Shown: in pieces, positions 1 to 9,027 of the stretch
Numbering within the stretch: the first letter of the stretch is position 1
Layout: every line of letters begins with the position of its first letter
Source of the DNA: a virus
Lineage: Duplodnaviria; Caudoviricetes
IMG/VR virus record: IMGVR_UViG_3300003086_000082
Location: 1 to 24,523 of that record
DNA length: 24,523 nt
Direction: 5' to 3' (one strand)
The notes under the pieces: model-generated
Seen by the model: only the letters and a program-made list of their open reading frames with translations
Database searches by the model: none
Told to the model about the DNA's origin: nothing
Translations under genes and position numbers: made by a program

Positions 1-14
1 TTAACGAAAGTGCA

Positions 15-410
15 ATGCTTGATATGTATTTTGTGTATAAATTCGCAAAGTATATCGGAAAACCTTTTAAAAAGTGGGAAGCATACGATACGGGCGTTAT
101 TGATAAAAAAGGCAATTTACTCCTAAAGAACAACCTTACTAGTCAACAGAAAGATAGTTACACATTCTTTCATAGATTGGTTAGAAATTTAAAACAGTTG
201 CTTGAAAAAGTTCCTGGAATGAAATCTAAACTAGGTAAGGCAGTTGCAGCCTATTTTTTGTTTAAAGAACAAATGGTTAAACATGGCACTAATGGTGAAA
301 TGTTAGACGAAGCATTTATTGAATATTGTAATGAAAGTATGCCGTTAAATGAATCGATGCAAATCGATACGTTAATGAAACAGCATATGTTAGTGGAGAA
401 TATAAAATGA
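15..410 (+). CDS. Conserved T4-like phage hypothetical protein, possibly 5'-truncated by the window edge
   Basis: The DMYFVYKF..PFKKWEAY..GVIDKKG..YTFFHRLVRNLKQLL pattern resembles a hypothetical common in marine T4-like phages. The frame is open from base 3 (N-E-S-A-M), so the true start may be upstream. Confidence 0.7.
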   Translation: MLDMYFVYKFAKYIGKPFKKWEAYDTGVIDKKGNLLLKNNLTSQQKDSYTFFHRLVRNLKQLLEKVPGMKSKLGKAVAAYFLFKEQMVKHGTNGEMLDEAFIEYCNESMPLNESMQIDTLMKQHMLVENIK

Positions 411-694
411 AGGAAGAAGTAACAGTCGGTGACGGTGGTGGAGCAGTAAATGTCCAAAAGGATATGCCATTATTCACACCAAACGGCAAAGCATTCGGAA
501 GTAATTATTTTACAGCACCCGATTCAGACACATATAACAACGTTAGATTAGGAAAGAATCGATATAGACGTTGGGACTCATTCGTTGGTAAAACCTCTTG
601 GGGTAAGCAGATAGCAACGTATGCTAAACAAAATAAAGGTGGTATGTTAATCAAGCACCCAAACGATCCCGTATTTCAAGTAATTAGACGATAA
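407..694 (+). CDS. Phage hypothetical protein
   Basis: ATGA overlap with the previous gene; GGAG RBS upstream. Confidence 0.7.
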   Translation: MKEEVTVGDGGGAVNVQKDMPLFTPNGKAFGSNYFTAPDSDTYNNVRLGKNRYRRWDSFVGKTSWGKQIATYAKQNKGGMLIKHPNDPVFQVIRR

Positions 695-698
695 AAAC

Positions 699-727
699 TT
701 TACTTTTTGATAGGTTTATAGTATAAT
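699..727 (+). promoter_or_regulatory. Sigma70-type early promoter for primase
   Basis: TTTACT (699-704), 17 bp spacer, TATAAT (722-727); primase ATG begins 8 nt after the -10 box. Confidence 0.8.
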
Positions 728-734
728 AGATACT

Positions 735-1757
735 ATGGATTATATTACTCAAAAGTACATTGGCATCGTTGGTGTACGTCTAGAACAATTCAAAAAGAAA
801 GGAAAAGGACTTTGGCAATGCCGTTGTCCTCTATGTGGGGATTCTCAAAAAGATAAGAATAAGGCACGTGGATTCATATTTGAATATGATGGCGACGTTC
901 TATATAAATGTCATAACTGTGGTGTGTCTCTGGGGTTATCTCAATTCCTTTCAGAAGTTGACCCAAACTTAAAAAAGCAGTATATTTTAGAAAGGTTTGG
1001 TAATAAGAATAAACGTAAAAAGGTTGAACCTAATGACGATTTATTCAAATCAAAGAAAATCAAATTTAAGAAGAAACCGTCTACATTAGGCGGTGCTACA
1101 AATGTCTTAAAACTCGCACCAAATCACCCAGCCAAACTATATGTTGACAGTAGGAGAATACCTCTAGACCAGCAGGCGAGGTTGTACTATACTGACACCT
1201 TTAAGTCATGGACTAACACGATAGTTAAAAATAAATTTAAGTCCGTTAAACGGGAAGAGGCACGTCTGATTATTCCATTCTTTGGAGAAGATGGTCAATT
1301 GATAGCATTTCAAGGTAGAACCTTAGACCCTAACAACGAATTACGCTATATAACTATTAAGGTTGATGAATCGGTATGTAAGTTATATGGATTAGATAAA
1401 ATGGACACAACAAAACCTGTGTATGTTCTTGAAGGACCAATTGACAGTATGTTTATTCCGAATGCTATTGCTATGGCAGGTTCTGATATGAATAAAAAGT
1501 GTGTAGCAAATAAAAGTGCTGATTTTGTTATTGTAATGGATAATGAGAACAGAAACAAAGAGATTGTCAATAAGATTGAAGGATTTATTAATGCTGGCTT
1601 CTCAGTTTGTGTATGGGATGAAAATATTAAACAGAAAGACGTTAATGATATGGTATTAAGTGGTATGACTCCGGAAAGTATTTTTGAGTCAATTAAACAA
1701 CACACATATAAGGGGTTACAAGCAAAGATGGCATTAAAGAAATGGAGTAGGGTTTGA
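735..1757 (+). CDS. gp61: DNA primase, T4 gp61-like
   Basis: N-terminal Zn finger CPLCGDS..KARG..YKCHNC; RLIIPF..FQGR; TOPRIM motifs VLEGPIDS and MDNE..KDVND. Confidence 0.95.
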   Translation: MDYITQKYIGIVGVRLEQFKKKGKGLWQCRCPLCGDSQKDKNKARGFIFEYDGDVLYKCHNCGVSLGLSQFLSEVDPNLKKQYILERFGNKNKRKKVEPNDDLFKSKKIKFKKKPSTLGGATNVLKLAPNHPAKLYVDSRRIPLDQQARLYYTDTFKSWTNTIVKNKFKSVKREEARLIIPFFGEDGQLIAFQGRTLDPNNELRYITIKVDESVCKLYGLDKMDTTKPVYVLEGPIDSMFIPNAIAMAGSDMNKKCVANKSADFVIVMDNENRNKEIVNKIEGFINAGFSVCVWDENIKQKDVNDMVLSGMTPESIFESIKQHTYKGLQAKMALKKWSRV

Positions 1758-1945
1758 AGTATAGGGTTAATTATGATGAAGATAAAGAATTTACACTCTC
1801 TGGAAAGGATATACATAGTATAATAGATAAGTGCGAAGAGAAAGGTCGCAGTATCAATTGGTTGAAAGATGATGATGGAACGGTTTTAGCAGAACGATTA
1901 ACACCGACTGTCTCAACAGCGAAGAATAAACTTAAACTTAGATGA
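1754..1945 (+). CDS. Hypothetical protein (TTG start)
   Basis: TTGA overlap with primase stop; GGAG upstream; fills the gap between genes. Confidence 0.6.
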   Translation: MKYRVNYDEDKEFTLSGKDIHSIIDKCEEKGRSINWLKDDDGTVLAERLTPTVSTAKNKLKLR

Positions 1946-1955
1946 GGAGAATGAT

Positions 1956-2303
1956 ATGAAATTTAAACTAGAAATGGTAACAGCTATAATGATGGGTGTT
2001 ATTTTATATGCCGGAACTGCTAATGCAGAATCGCATACCTGTCCGACTAAGGATGTAGTAGTAGAAAGAGATGTAATTGATACAGCAGTGAATGTTGGTT
2101 TAATAACATTAGAAGAAGCAATGCAACTTAGAAAGGATATTGCTGAGGGTAAGAAAGATATTATTGATGTTAATAGTCCAGACGGCATCATAACTTTTGG
2201 TACAATAACCTATGATGAAGAATTGGGTGAAAATGTATTGGACGAAGTTGACCCAGAAGAGGGTGAATATATAGATGGTGAATGGTACGATGCGTATCAT
2301 TAA
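1956..2303 (+). CDS. Secreted/periplasmic acidic hypothetical protein
   Basis: GAGGAG RBS; signal peptide ending ANA; very acidic C-terminus. Confidence 0.7.
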   Translation: MKFKLEMVTAIMMGVILYAGTANAESHTCPTKDVVVERDVIDTAVNVGLITLEEAMQLRKDIAEGKKDIIDVNSPDGIITFGTITYDEELGENVLDEVDPEEGEYIDGEWYDAYH

Positions 2304-2324
2304 TTTAATAATGAGGAAAATAGT

Positions 2325-2660
2325 ATGAATAAAGTGAAAAGTTTAGTTTTAGCAACAGCAGTGGCAGTATCGACAACAGTCAGTGCATTGACAATCGATG
2401 ATTTAATGAATGATTCAAAATTGGCATTAACTGCCTTGGGAGTAGCAAATTATTACTCACAGAATTGTGCGGGTTTAACAAGTAGAGGGAAGAATGCTAT
2501 GCTTCAAGCGTTCTATATCCACGGATTTAACAAATGGAACCCAGTAGATATTGCATATTCAGAGGAGTTTAAGTTAGGATATGATACATCTGAAAAATAT
2601 ACTTGTAATAGTTTAAGAGATGTTTTAACTGACGCTGGTGCTGGTCCACTTATTAGGTAA
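2325..2660 (+). CDS. Secreted hypothetical protein with two Cys
   Basis: GAGG RBS; signal peptide MNKVKSLVLATAVAVSTTVSA. Confidence 0.7.
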   Translation: MNKVKSLVLATAVAVSTTVSALTIDDLMNDSKLALTALGVANYYSQNCAGLTSRGKNAMLQAFYIHGFNKWNPVDIAYSEEFKLGYDTSEKYTCNSLRDVLTDAGAGPLIR

Positions 2661-2670
2661 GGAGAATATA

Positions 2671-2889
2671 ATGCCAACGTTTGATTTTAGATGTGAAGAA
2701 TGTGGAAATACGATTGAAAAATCGTTAAAGTGGACTAAGACTATGGCAGACGATTTAAAACCGTGTCAATGTGGCGAACAAAAGTGGAAACAATATATTA
2801 CAGTAAGCAGAAGTAAATTTGCGGAACCTGAGAAAGATATAGCAGTACAACAGGCAAATGAAATGATGACAGGAAAAGGATGGATGTAA
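2671..2889 (+). CDS. FmdB-like zinc-ribbon protein
   Basis: AAGGAG RBS before ATG 2671 (start moved from 2638); MPTFDFRCEECG...PCQCG. Confidence 0.75.
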   Translation: MPTFDFRCEECGNTIEKSLKWTKTMADDLKPCQCGEQKWKQYITVSRSKFAEPEKDIAVQQANEMMTGKGWM

Positions 2890-3306
2890 ATGGGTGAAAC
2901 TTGGAACAAATTGATGGGTTCTTATTGGAAAGAACAGGCAAAGATAAACAAAAATAAACAAATCAGAGCAGATAGACATAAAGAGGTTTATGATGGTGAA
3001 GGAACGAAATTAAAATGTTCTGAAATAAAAGAAATACACGATGCTGGTGGAGTTATATTAGATTTAAGAAATCCTGTAGATTATGCTACTACTAAAATTC
3101 TTCATAATGCTATTAATGTCCCTGCAACGAATGTTCTTAAATGGGTAATCGCAAATCATCAGATTAATATGAATACACCTATTTTACTGTACTCACAAGA
3201 TGGTAAAATATCAGAATCTGTAAAAAATGATTTATTAGATGGTGTCGATTATAAAAACGTAGCAAATATCGGTAGTATTAATTGGTATTCTGGGTGTTCG
3301 GGTTAA
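2890..3306 (+). CDS. Rhodanese-like domain protein, Ser at the catalytic Cys position
   Basis: VILDLRNPVDY..I.NAINVP...PILLYSQDG...YKNVANIGSINW follows the single-domain rhodanese pattern, but LYS replaces LYC. Confidence 0.7.
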   Translation: MGETWNKLMGSYWKEQAKINKNKQIRADRHKEVYDGEGTKLKCSEIKEIHDAGGVILDLRNPVDYATTKILHNAINVPATNVLKWVIANHQINMNTPILLYSQDGKISESVKNDLLDGVDYKNVANIGSINWYSGCSG

Positions 3307-3312
3307 AGTTCT

Positions 3313-3320
3313 TATAAATA
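3313..3320 (+). promoter_or_regulatory. T4-type late promoter
   Basis: Exact intergenic TATAAATA just upstream of ATG 3329. Confidence 0.7.
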
Positions 3321-3328
3321 AAATTATT

Positions 3329-3499
3329 ATGCCGAAGAAGAAGAAAATTATGGTTAAAGTTTATATAGAGTGTGACGACTGTCTTGCCTCGTGTGAGATT
3401 CATCACGAATTAGATGAAGATTTATATGAATTGACCGAAGAATGCCCATTTTGTGGATCAGAAGATGTATTAGTAGTGTATGATGAGGAAATAAAGTGA
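3329..3499 (+). CDS. Small acidic zinc-ribbon protein, 56 aa (not in ORF track)
   Basis: MPKKKKIMVKVYIECDDCLASCEIHHELDEDLYELTEECPFCGSEDVLVVYDEEIK; two CxxC pairs; stop overlaps next GTG (GTGA). Confidence 0.75.
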   Translation: MPKKKKIMVKVYIECDDCLASCEIHHELDEDLYELTEECPFCGSEDVLVVYDEEIK

Positions 3500-4074
3500 T
3501 TGTAGGTATAGATTACTCAATGACTTCCCCCGCAGTATGTGTATGTAATGGTGAGTTTAAAATAGAAAATTGTCAGTTCCTCTATATAACTAATACTAAA
3601 AAGTATGAAGGAACTTATGGTCAATTTACTGGCATTTTAATGAATACATGGACTGATAATATCGATAGGTTTGCTCAACTTGCCGAACATACACGTGAGT
3701 TTATTTTCTATAAATGGCCAGAGGGTGCTGACGAACCATCTGTTGGTTTAGAGGGTTATGCCATGGGTGCTAAAGGTCAAGTCTTTAATATTGGTGAAAA
3801 TACTGGTATTCTTAAATACTACCTACAATTCATGGAGGGGTGGGATGTTACAACATACCCACCATCTACTGTTAAGAAGTTTGCTACTGATAAAGGAAAT
3901 GCTAATAAAGAAAAGATGTATGAACAATTTATCAAGGAAACCTCTCTGGACCTTGAGAAAATATTTGGTATTGATATCAACCCAGAGAAAATAAACGGAC
4001 CCATCAGTGATATTGTCGATGCATATTACATTGCTAAAATACACTCAGAGAGTAAAGACAGTATAGAAAACTAA
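3496..4074 (+). CDS. RuvC-like Holliday junction resolvase / RNase H-fold nuclease
   Basis: IVGIDYSMTSPAVC; LEGYA; PSTVKKFATDKGNANKEKM; DIVDAYYIA, matching the RuvC acidic-residue layout. Confidence 0.8.
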   Translation: MIVGIDYSMTSPAVCVCNGEFKIENCQFLYITNTKKYEGTYGQFTGILMNTWTDNIDRFAQLAEHTREFIFYKWPEGADEPSVGLEGYAMGAKGQVFNIGENTGILKYYLQFMEGWDVTTYPPSTVKKFATDKGNANKEKMYEQFIKETSLDLEKIFGIDINPEKINGPISDIVDAYYIAKIHSESKDSIEN

Positions 4075-4080
4075 TAAATA
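4073..4080 (+). promoter_or_regulatory. Possible late promoter variant
   Basis: AATAAATA (one mismatch to TATAAATA) just before ATG 4088. Confidence 0.4.
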
Positions 4081-4087
4081 GTTTACT

Positions 4088-6412
4088 ATGAGTGAAAACC
4101 TATTTGATTACCGCCCCATAAAATCTTGGACTGGAGACATTATTGACTTCGGTACAGGAAGCTCGTCTTTAAATTATGACATCACTGCTATATGTACAGA
4201 AGCCATTGATGTTTCGACTGCTACATACTTGGTCGACGCATATTCCGCTTATGATGTAAATACCGCAAAATATATAAATGAAATTATCCTTAAATTTTTT
4301 AGGGGCGAAATAGACGAATCTTATATATCAGAGGGTATTATTGAAATTGAAACTCATATTATTGAGTCGTTCTTAGATGTGATTATGAGTTTTACTCTTG
4401 ATTCTATTTATGAGATAGATATTAAGGGCATATTATCAACACCAGGATCTTTAGCAGATTACGGAATATTTAATAAACACATAGAAGAACCTAGAAGTAT
4501 GTCATTATCTGTGGGGACTATCAATAATGCTGCTGACACATTAACGCATGGTATGCCTTATATAACATTGGCATGGTCGGGTGGTGCTTTAGATCCTAGA
4601 TGCGAAGACCCAGCATATACTGCCCAAGCATCGTGCGAAACATCAATTAAAACTTCTGCCCATTGTAGAAATGCCCAAGGTTGGGAAATTTTAACTTTAC
4701 CACAAAACAACGGAACTCAAGTCGTAGCATATGATACTGAGTCGGAATGTTTGAATCTGGATGGCGGTGATGTTGAGCAAACAGGTTATGGTAAGTGTTT
4801 TTACACTCAAGACTTATCTTCTTGGACTTACTATTCCCCTGCAAATAAATTAGAACAATGTGAGTCAATAGCAACTAATTATAATTTCTACAAATTCGTG
4901 TGGTGGGAAGGACCTGACTACTACGATTGTTTCTCTTGTCTTGAGTATGTATATTTCCCAAGTATAGACTCTGTGGGGTTGGACAGAACTGCCAATACAG
5001 CACCTTATTCTACACGCTCCCAGTGCGTTCACGCGACTAATTTGGTTCAGGCACACGAAGCATGGGCTGGTACGATTGGAACTGGAGGTGGTGAGTGGGA
5101 AAAGCAATATTTTGCTACTATTCCAGGTGGTCCAACAGGACAAACTCTGTGTGAAAGTCAGAACTGTCATTGGATTATTGACGAACCAAGAAATACATGG
5201 GTTCCGGAAACTTATAATTCCTGGTGGCCGTCTACATATACTTCAACCATTATGTTTACATCTCAAACTATTTATGAGGGTGAGGGGATATACTTTTTAC
5301 CTAAAATATTTGAGCTAGCAAGTTCTACTGCTTCGTCCTTGACTATGAACTATGATACATTTGACATCCGTGGGCAAAGTAAAATAGGCAGACAAAGTAG
5401 AGTTTTTTATATAGGATATGGGATTGATATTAATACCATTGCATATCAGACTAAAATTAACCCTGATAATTATCTTCATGCTAATCTTCCTGCACATCTT
5501 GAAGTTGACGATAATAATTCTAAAGTTGGTCTAATCTATGGTTATACAAACTATAATGATAGAACACGAATAGAATGGAAAAGACCACAGTATTGGCAAA
5601 CTAACCCAGCGCACGGAATACCAGATAGGTATAGGATTTATAGAAGTAATTACTATTATTATGGTATTACATCTCCTACAGAATATACAATGGGAATAAA
5701 ACGTCTTGTCGGTGAAGTTCCTGTTACAGATGTGGACGGTTATCAATATTTTGAAGAGTCTGAACATAGTTTACGTGCTGAAGGAATTTTACCTTATCAG
5801 TATTGTTATTATTTTATTACTGCTGTTTATGATGATTGGGGGAATACTAATAGAGGGTTGGATAAAATTACATATGATAAATATTTTGATGATGATTTTA
5901 ACTTCCCTCCTGGAAATGTTTTAGCAACAGAAACTGATGTGTTAGAAATTAATTTCCCACAACAAAACGATAATCAAGAAGAGTGGACTGATGAATATTT
6001 TGGATATTTTAAACCACAAGAAACTGGTGATTATGAATTTAGTATGACATCTGACGACTCTTCGTGGATGTGGATAGGTACTGATGGGCAAACTTATGAG
6101 GACTTAAAATTAACTAGGGACGACCAAAATGCTTTGATAGACCTTAATGGAGTACACCCATCAGAAACTGATATTGGTACGATATCGTTAATTGCGGGAC
6201 AATATTACCCTATATTGATATATTTTGGTAATGAGCAATTTAATCAAGATGAGAATTGGGAACACCGAGTATCATTTAAACCGCCTGGGGGTGAATTTCA
6301 AACCGCAGGTGTTGGTTATTGGTATAAGTCAAACGATAATTCATTTGGAGGCAATGGACAAGAAGTTGAAGGACGTTTTACAACAAATCAATTAAGATCT
6401 TATTTCCTATAA
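4088..6412 (+). CDS. Large Cys-rich protein with FN3-like segment and C-terminal PA14/GLEYA-like domain; probable virion or adhesin protein
   Basis: Cys repeats (AYTAQASCE, AYDTESECL, PYSTRSQCV, GQTLCESQNCHW); IEW..P...YRIYRS...YYFITAV; PA14 signature YFGYFKPQETGDYEFSMTSDDSSWMWIG...YYPILIYFGN. Confidence 0.7.
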   Translation: MSENLFDYRPIKSWTGDIIDFGTGSSSLNYDITAICTEAIDVSTATYLVDAYSAYDVNTAKYINEIILKFFRGEIDESYISEGIIEIETHIIESFLDVIMSFTLDSIYEIDIKGILSTPGSLADYGIFNKHIEEPRSMSLSVGTINNAADTLTHGMPYITLAWSGGALDPRCEDPAYTAQASCETSIKTSAHCRNAQGWEILTLPQNNGTQVVAYDTESECLNLDGGDVEQTGYGKCFYTQDLSSWTYYSPANKLEQCESIATNYNFYKFVWWEGPDYYDCFSCLEYVYFPSIDSVGLDRTANTAPYSTRSQCVHATNLVQAHEAWAGTIGTGGGEWEKQYFATIPGGPTGQTLCESQNCHWIIDEPRNTWVPETYNSWWPSTYTSTIMFTSQTIYEGEGIYFLPKIFELASSTASSLTMNYDTFDIRGQSKIGRQSRVFYIGYGIDINTIAYQTKINPDNYLHANLPAHLEVDDNNSKVGLIYGYTNYNDRTRIEWKRPQYWQTNPAHGIPDRYRIYRSNYYYYGITSPTEYTMGIKRLVGEVPVTDVDGYQYFEESEHSLRAEGILPYQYCYYFITAVYDDWGNTNRGLDKITYDKYFDDDFNFPPGNVLATETDVLEINFPQQNDNQEEWTDEYFGYFKPQETGDYEFSMTSDDSSWMWIGTDGQTYEDLKLTRDDQNALIDLNGVHPSETDIGTISLIAGQYYPILIYFGNEQFNQDENWEHRVSFKPPGGEFQTAGVGYWYKSNDNSFGGNGQEVEGRFTTNQLRSYFL

Positions 6413-6415
6413 TAC

Positions 6416-6444
6416 TTGACTTTTAGTCAAAAGTGTAGTATAAT
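6416..6444 (+). promoter_or_regulatory. Sigma70-type early promoter
   Basis: TTGACT, 17 bp spacer, TATAAT; nearly identical to the promoter at 23548. Confidence 0.85.
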
Positions 6445-6468
6445 AAACTAATAACAGAGGAGAAATAT

Positions 6469-6720
6469 ATGTACGTAGAAACTTGGCAATTATTATGTTT
6501 GGCTTTAATAACCACATCTGCTTATTTTTCATACCGACAAGGTAGGATGGATGGTGTTAAATCTGGGGTTCAAGTGACAATCGCAGATTTACATAAAAAG
6601 GGTATAGTAGCAATTTATCAGGATGATTTGAATGGTGAAATGGTAGTTGGTCGTTATGATGAAATAGAATGGGACGACATAGTAGATATGGAGGAAGATA
6701 ATGAAGAAGACCACTGGTGA
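6469..6720 (+). CDS. Small protein with N-terminal membrane anchor
   Basis: GAGGAG RBS; hydrophobic N-terminus, acidic tail. Confidence 0.7.
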   Translation: MYVETWQLLCLALITTSAYFSYRQGRMDGVKSGVQVTIADLHKKGIVAIYQDDLNGEMVVGRYDEIEWDDIVDMEEDNEEDHW

Positions 6721-6865
6721 TTGCGATGAATCTTGTGAATGCCATGATGATAAGATTGTTGTCGGTGACAGGGTGTATGTTGACCCATATGGAGGACAAG
6801 GTATGTCCGATAAAATGAAAGAATTGTTAAAAAGAAAAGAAACCTTAAAACAAAAGGGGGTATAA
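6701..6865 (+). CDS. Small hypothetical protein, 54 aa (not in ORF track)
   Basis: GGAGG RBS; MKKTTGDCDESCECHDDKIVVGDRVYVDPYGGQGMSDKMKELLKRKETLKQKGV. Confidence 0.6.
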   Translation: MKKTTGDCDESCECHDDKIVVGDRVYVDPYGGQGMSDKMKELLKRKETLKQKGV

Positions 6866-6879
6866 AGTTAAAATAGAGC

Positions 6880-6908
6880 TTTACTTTCCTTTTGAATTCA
6901 GGTATAAT
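6880..6908 (+). promoter_or_regulatory. Sigma70-type early promoter for the topoisomerase-RNase H-ligase run
   Basis: TTTACT (6880-6885), 17 bp spacer, TATAAT (6903-6908). Confidence 0.8.
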
Positions 6909-6941
6909 ACGTAGTATATTAAATAAAAAAGGAGTTATATT

Positions 6942-7217
6942 ATGAAAGAGTTAAAACGCGATGCCGTAATCTCGGTATTAAAAGATAAAGTTGCTGACGT
7001 GACTTTCACAAAGAAAGATGGTACAGAACGTGTTATGAAATGCACGTTACAAACTGAATTTCTTCCAATTCAAGAACCTAAAAAAGAAGGCACTGTTGCT
7101 AAGAAAATAAACGAATCTGTTGTTGCTGTATTTGATATTGAAGCAAAGGGTTTTCGTTCGTTTAGACTTGACAGTGTGACTAACTTTGTTACTGACGGAA
7201 AAGAAACTTTTGCGTAA
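6942..7217 (+). CDS. SH3/WYL_2-like (DUF2693-type) conserved T4-like protein
   Basis: VTFTKKDGTERVMKCTL...VFDIEAKGFRSFRLDSV; AAGGAG RBS. Confidence 0.75.
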   Translation: MKELKRDAVISVLKDKVADVTFTKKDGTERVMKCTLQTEFLPIQEPKKEGTVAKKINESVVAVFDIEAKGFRSFRLDSVTNFVTDGKETFA

Positions 7218-9027
7218 GAACACGGTCAAAGTTCTATCTGAAATAGAACACGTTCTCCACCGCCCAGGAATGTATGTTGGTGATACCACGGTTGGTACAC
7301 ACGACAAATGGGTAATGGATGACGGTAAAATTATTAAAAAGAAAGTTAAAATCGTACCAGCTTTTCTCAAGTTATTTGATGAAATCATCAGTAATTGTAT
7401 TGACGAAGGATTTCGTACCGATTTTAAATATGCTAATGAAATCAAGGTGAGGGTTGAGGACAATGGGAAAATTACAATCGAAGATAACGGCAGAGGAATT
7501 CCAGTCGTTAGTACAAAAGATGGAAAAACGCAGGCAGAACAAGCATTCACAAATCTCCGTGCTGGGGCAAATTTTGATGATGGGGTGGGCAATGTTTCTA
7601 TTGGTACTCATGGGCTTGGTTCTACTTTAGTCAATATACTGAGTAAGAAATTTATTGCTCATACTGATGACGGTAAGAAACACTTCCGTTTACAGTGCTC
7701 AAAGAACATGAGTGAAATAGATACAGAAATCACTAAAACAAAAGGTGTACTAGGGACAGCAGTGTCTTATTATGCCGACTTTGCCCGTCTTGGGATGAAA
7801 AGCATTAACAAAGACCATACACAGCTTATAGAAAAACGTGTAAACGATCTTGCCGTATGCTTTCCTAAAATTAAGTTTAAGTATAACGGACGTTTGGTCA
7901 AGTCTGGTACTTTCAAACAATACTTATCTCAAATAGAAAAAGATTTTGTAATACTAGAAACTGCTAAATTTAAGGTGGCAGTATTACCTTGGGAAACCAA
8001 TGAACAGATATCATTCATTAATGGTATTGATACATTTGGTGGTGGTGTTCACGTTGATGTAGTATCAAATGCTATTGGTAATGCACTTAAAGATGCTATC
8101 AAAAAGAAACATAGATTAGATATCCGTGTTCCTGATATTAAAAATAAGTTGTTATTCGTTATTCTCACTAACAAAGTTGGTGACCCAAAGTTTGATTCTC
8201 AAACTAAAGAAAGACTGACTAACAATGCTAATGATATGAAACCTATATTTGATGGGGTTGACGATGAGAAATTCATTACTAGAATAATGAAGAATGAAGA
8301 GTTGATTCAACCTATCATTGAGGCGTTAATGTTAAAGAAACAACTTGCCGAGGCAAGAGCATTACGTAAGGCACAAAAGACAGCAAAGAAAAAGAAAATT
8401 GCTAGTCATATCAGTGCTAGTGGTAAGAACATTGAGGATAAAATCTTATTTATTACTGAGGGGCAATCTGCTATCAGTAATTTAATCAACGTTAGGCAAA
8501 CTGCTATTCATGGTGGGTTTCCGTTAAGGGGCAAACCTCGTAATGTTAGAGAATTAAAACCTACTGACATTATGAAGAATAAGGAACTTTCTGAACTAAT
8601 GAGTATTATTGGTTTAGAGTTAGGGGAGCCTGCTGAAGATTTAAACTATGGTAAGATTGGTATTCTTGCCGATGCTGACTTTGATGGGTTTTCAATCGCA
8701 GCATTGTTGGTGAATTTCTTTTCTAACTGGAAAGACTTGTTTGATGATGAACGTATTCTATTCATCAAATCTCCAATTGTAATTGCTAAGAAAAAGAAAC
8801 AAGTGAAACGTTTTTATGAATTGAGAAAATTTCATGAAGCAAAACTTGACTCTGATTGGAAAATAGAGTATAATAAAGGTTTGGGTTCATTAAGTATTGA
8901 AGAATACGACTTAATGATTAACGACCCAGTAACAGAAATAATTGAATATGACAGCGGGGCAACAACTTCTCTTGAAACGGCATTTGGTAAGAATGCTATT
9001 CCTAGAAAAGCATGGTTGATGGTATGA
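7210..9027 (+). CDS. gp39: Type II topoisomerase large subunit (unsplit gp39+gp60)
   Basis: EHVLHRPGMYVG; DEIISN; EDNGRGIP; FDSQTKE; TOPRIM TEGQSA, PLRGK, DADFDG; YNKGLGS. Start is probably TTG 7210 rather than 7186. Confidence 0.95.
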   Translation: MRKNTVKVLSEIEHVLHRPGMYVGDTTVGTHDKWVMDDGKIIKKKVKIVPAFLKLFDEIISNCIDEGFRTDFKYANEIKVRVEDNGKITIEDNGRGIPVVSTKDGKTQAEQAFTNLRAGANFDDGVGNVSIGTHGLGSTLVNILSKKFIAHTDDGKKHFRLQCSKNMSEIDTEITKTKGVLGTAVSYYADFARLGMKSINKDHTQLIEKRVNDLAVCFPKIKFKYNGRLVKSGTFKQYLSQIEKDFVILETAKFKVAVLPWETNEQISFINGIDTFGGGVHVDVVSNAIGNALKDAIKKKHRLDIRVPDIKNKLLFVILTNKVGDPKFDSQTKERLTNNANDMKPIFDGVDDEKFITRIMKNEELIQPIIEALMLKKQLAEARALRKAQKTAKKKKIASHISASGKNIEDKILFITEGQSAISNLINVRQTAIHGGFPLRGKPRNVRELKPTDIMKNKELSELMSIIGLELGEPAEDLNYGKIGILADADFDGFSIAALLVNFFSNWKDLFDDERILFIKSPIVIAKKKKQVKRFYELRKFHEAKLDSDWKIEYNKGLGSLSIEEYDLMINDPVTEIIEYDSGATTSLETAFGKNAIPRKAWLMV

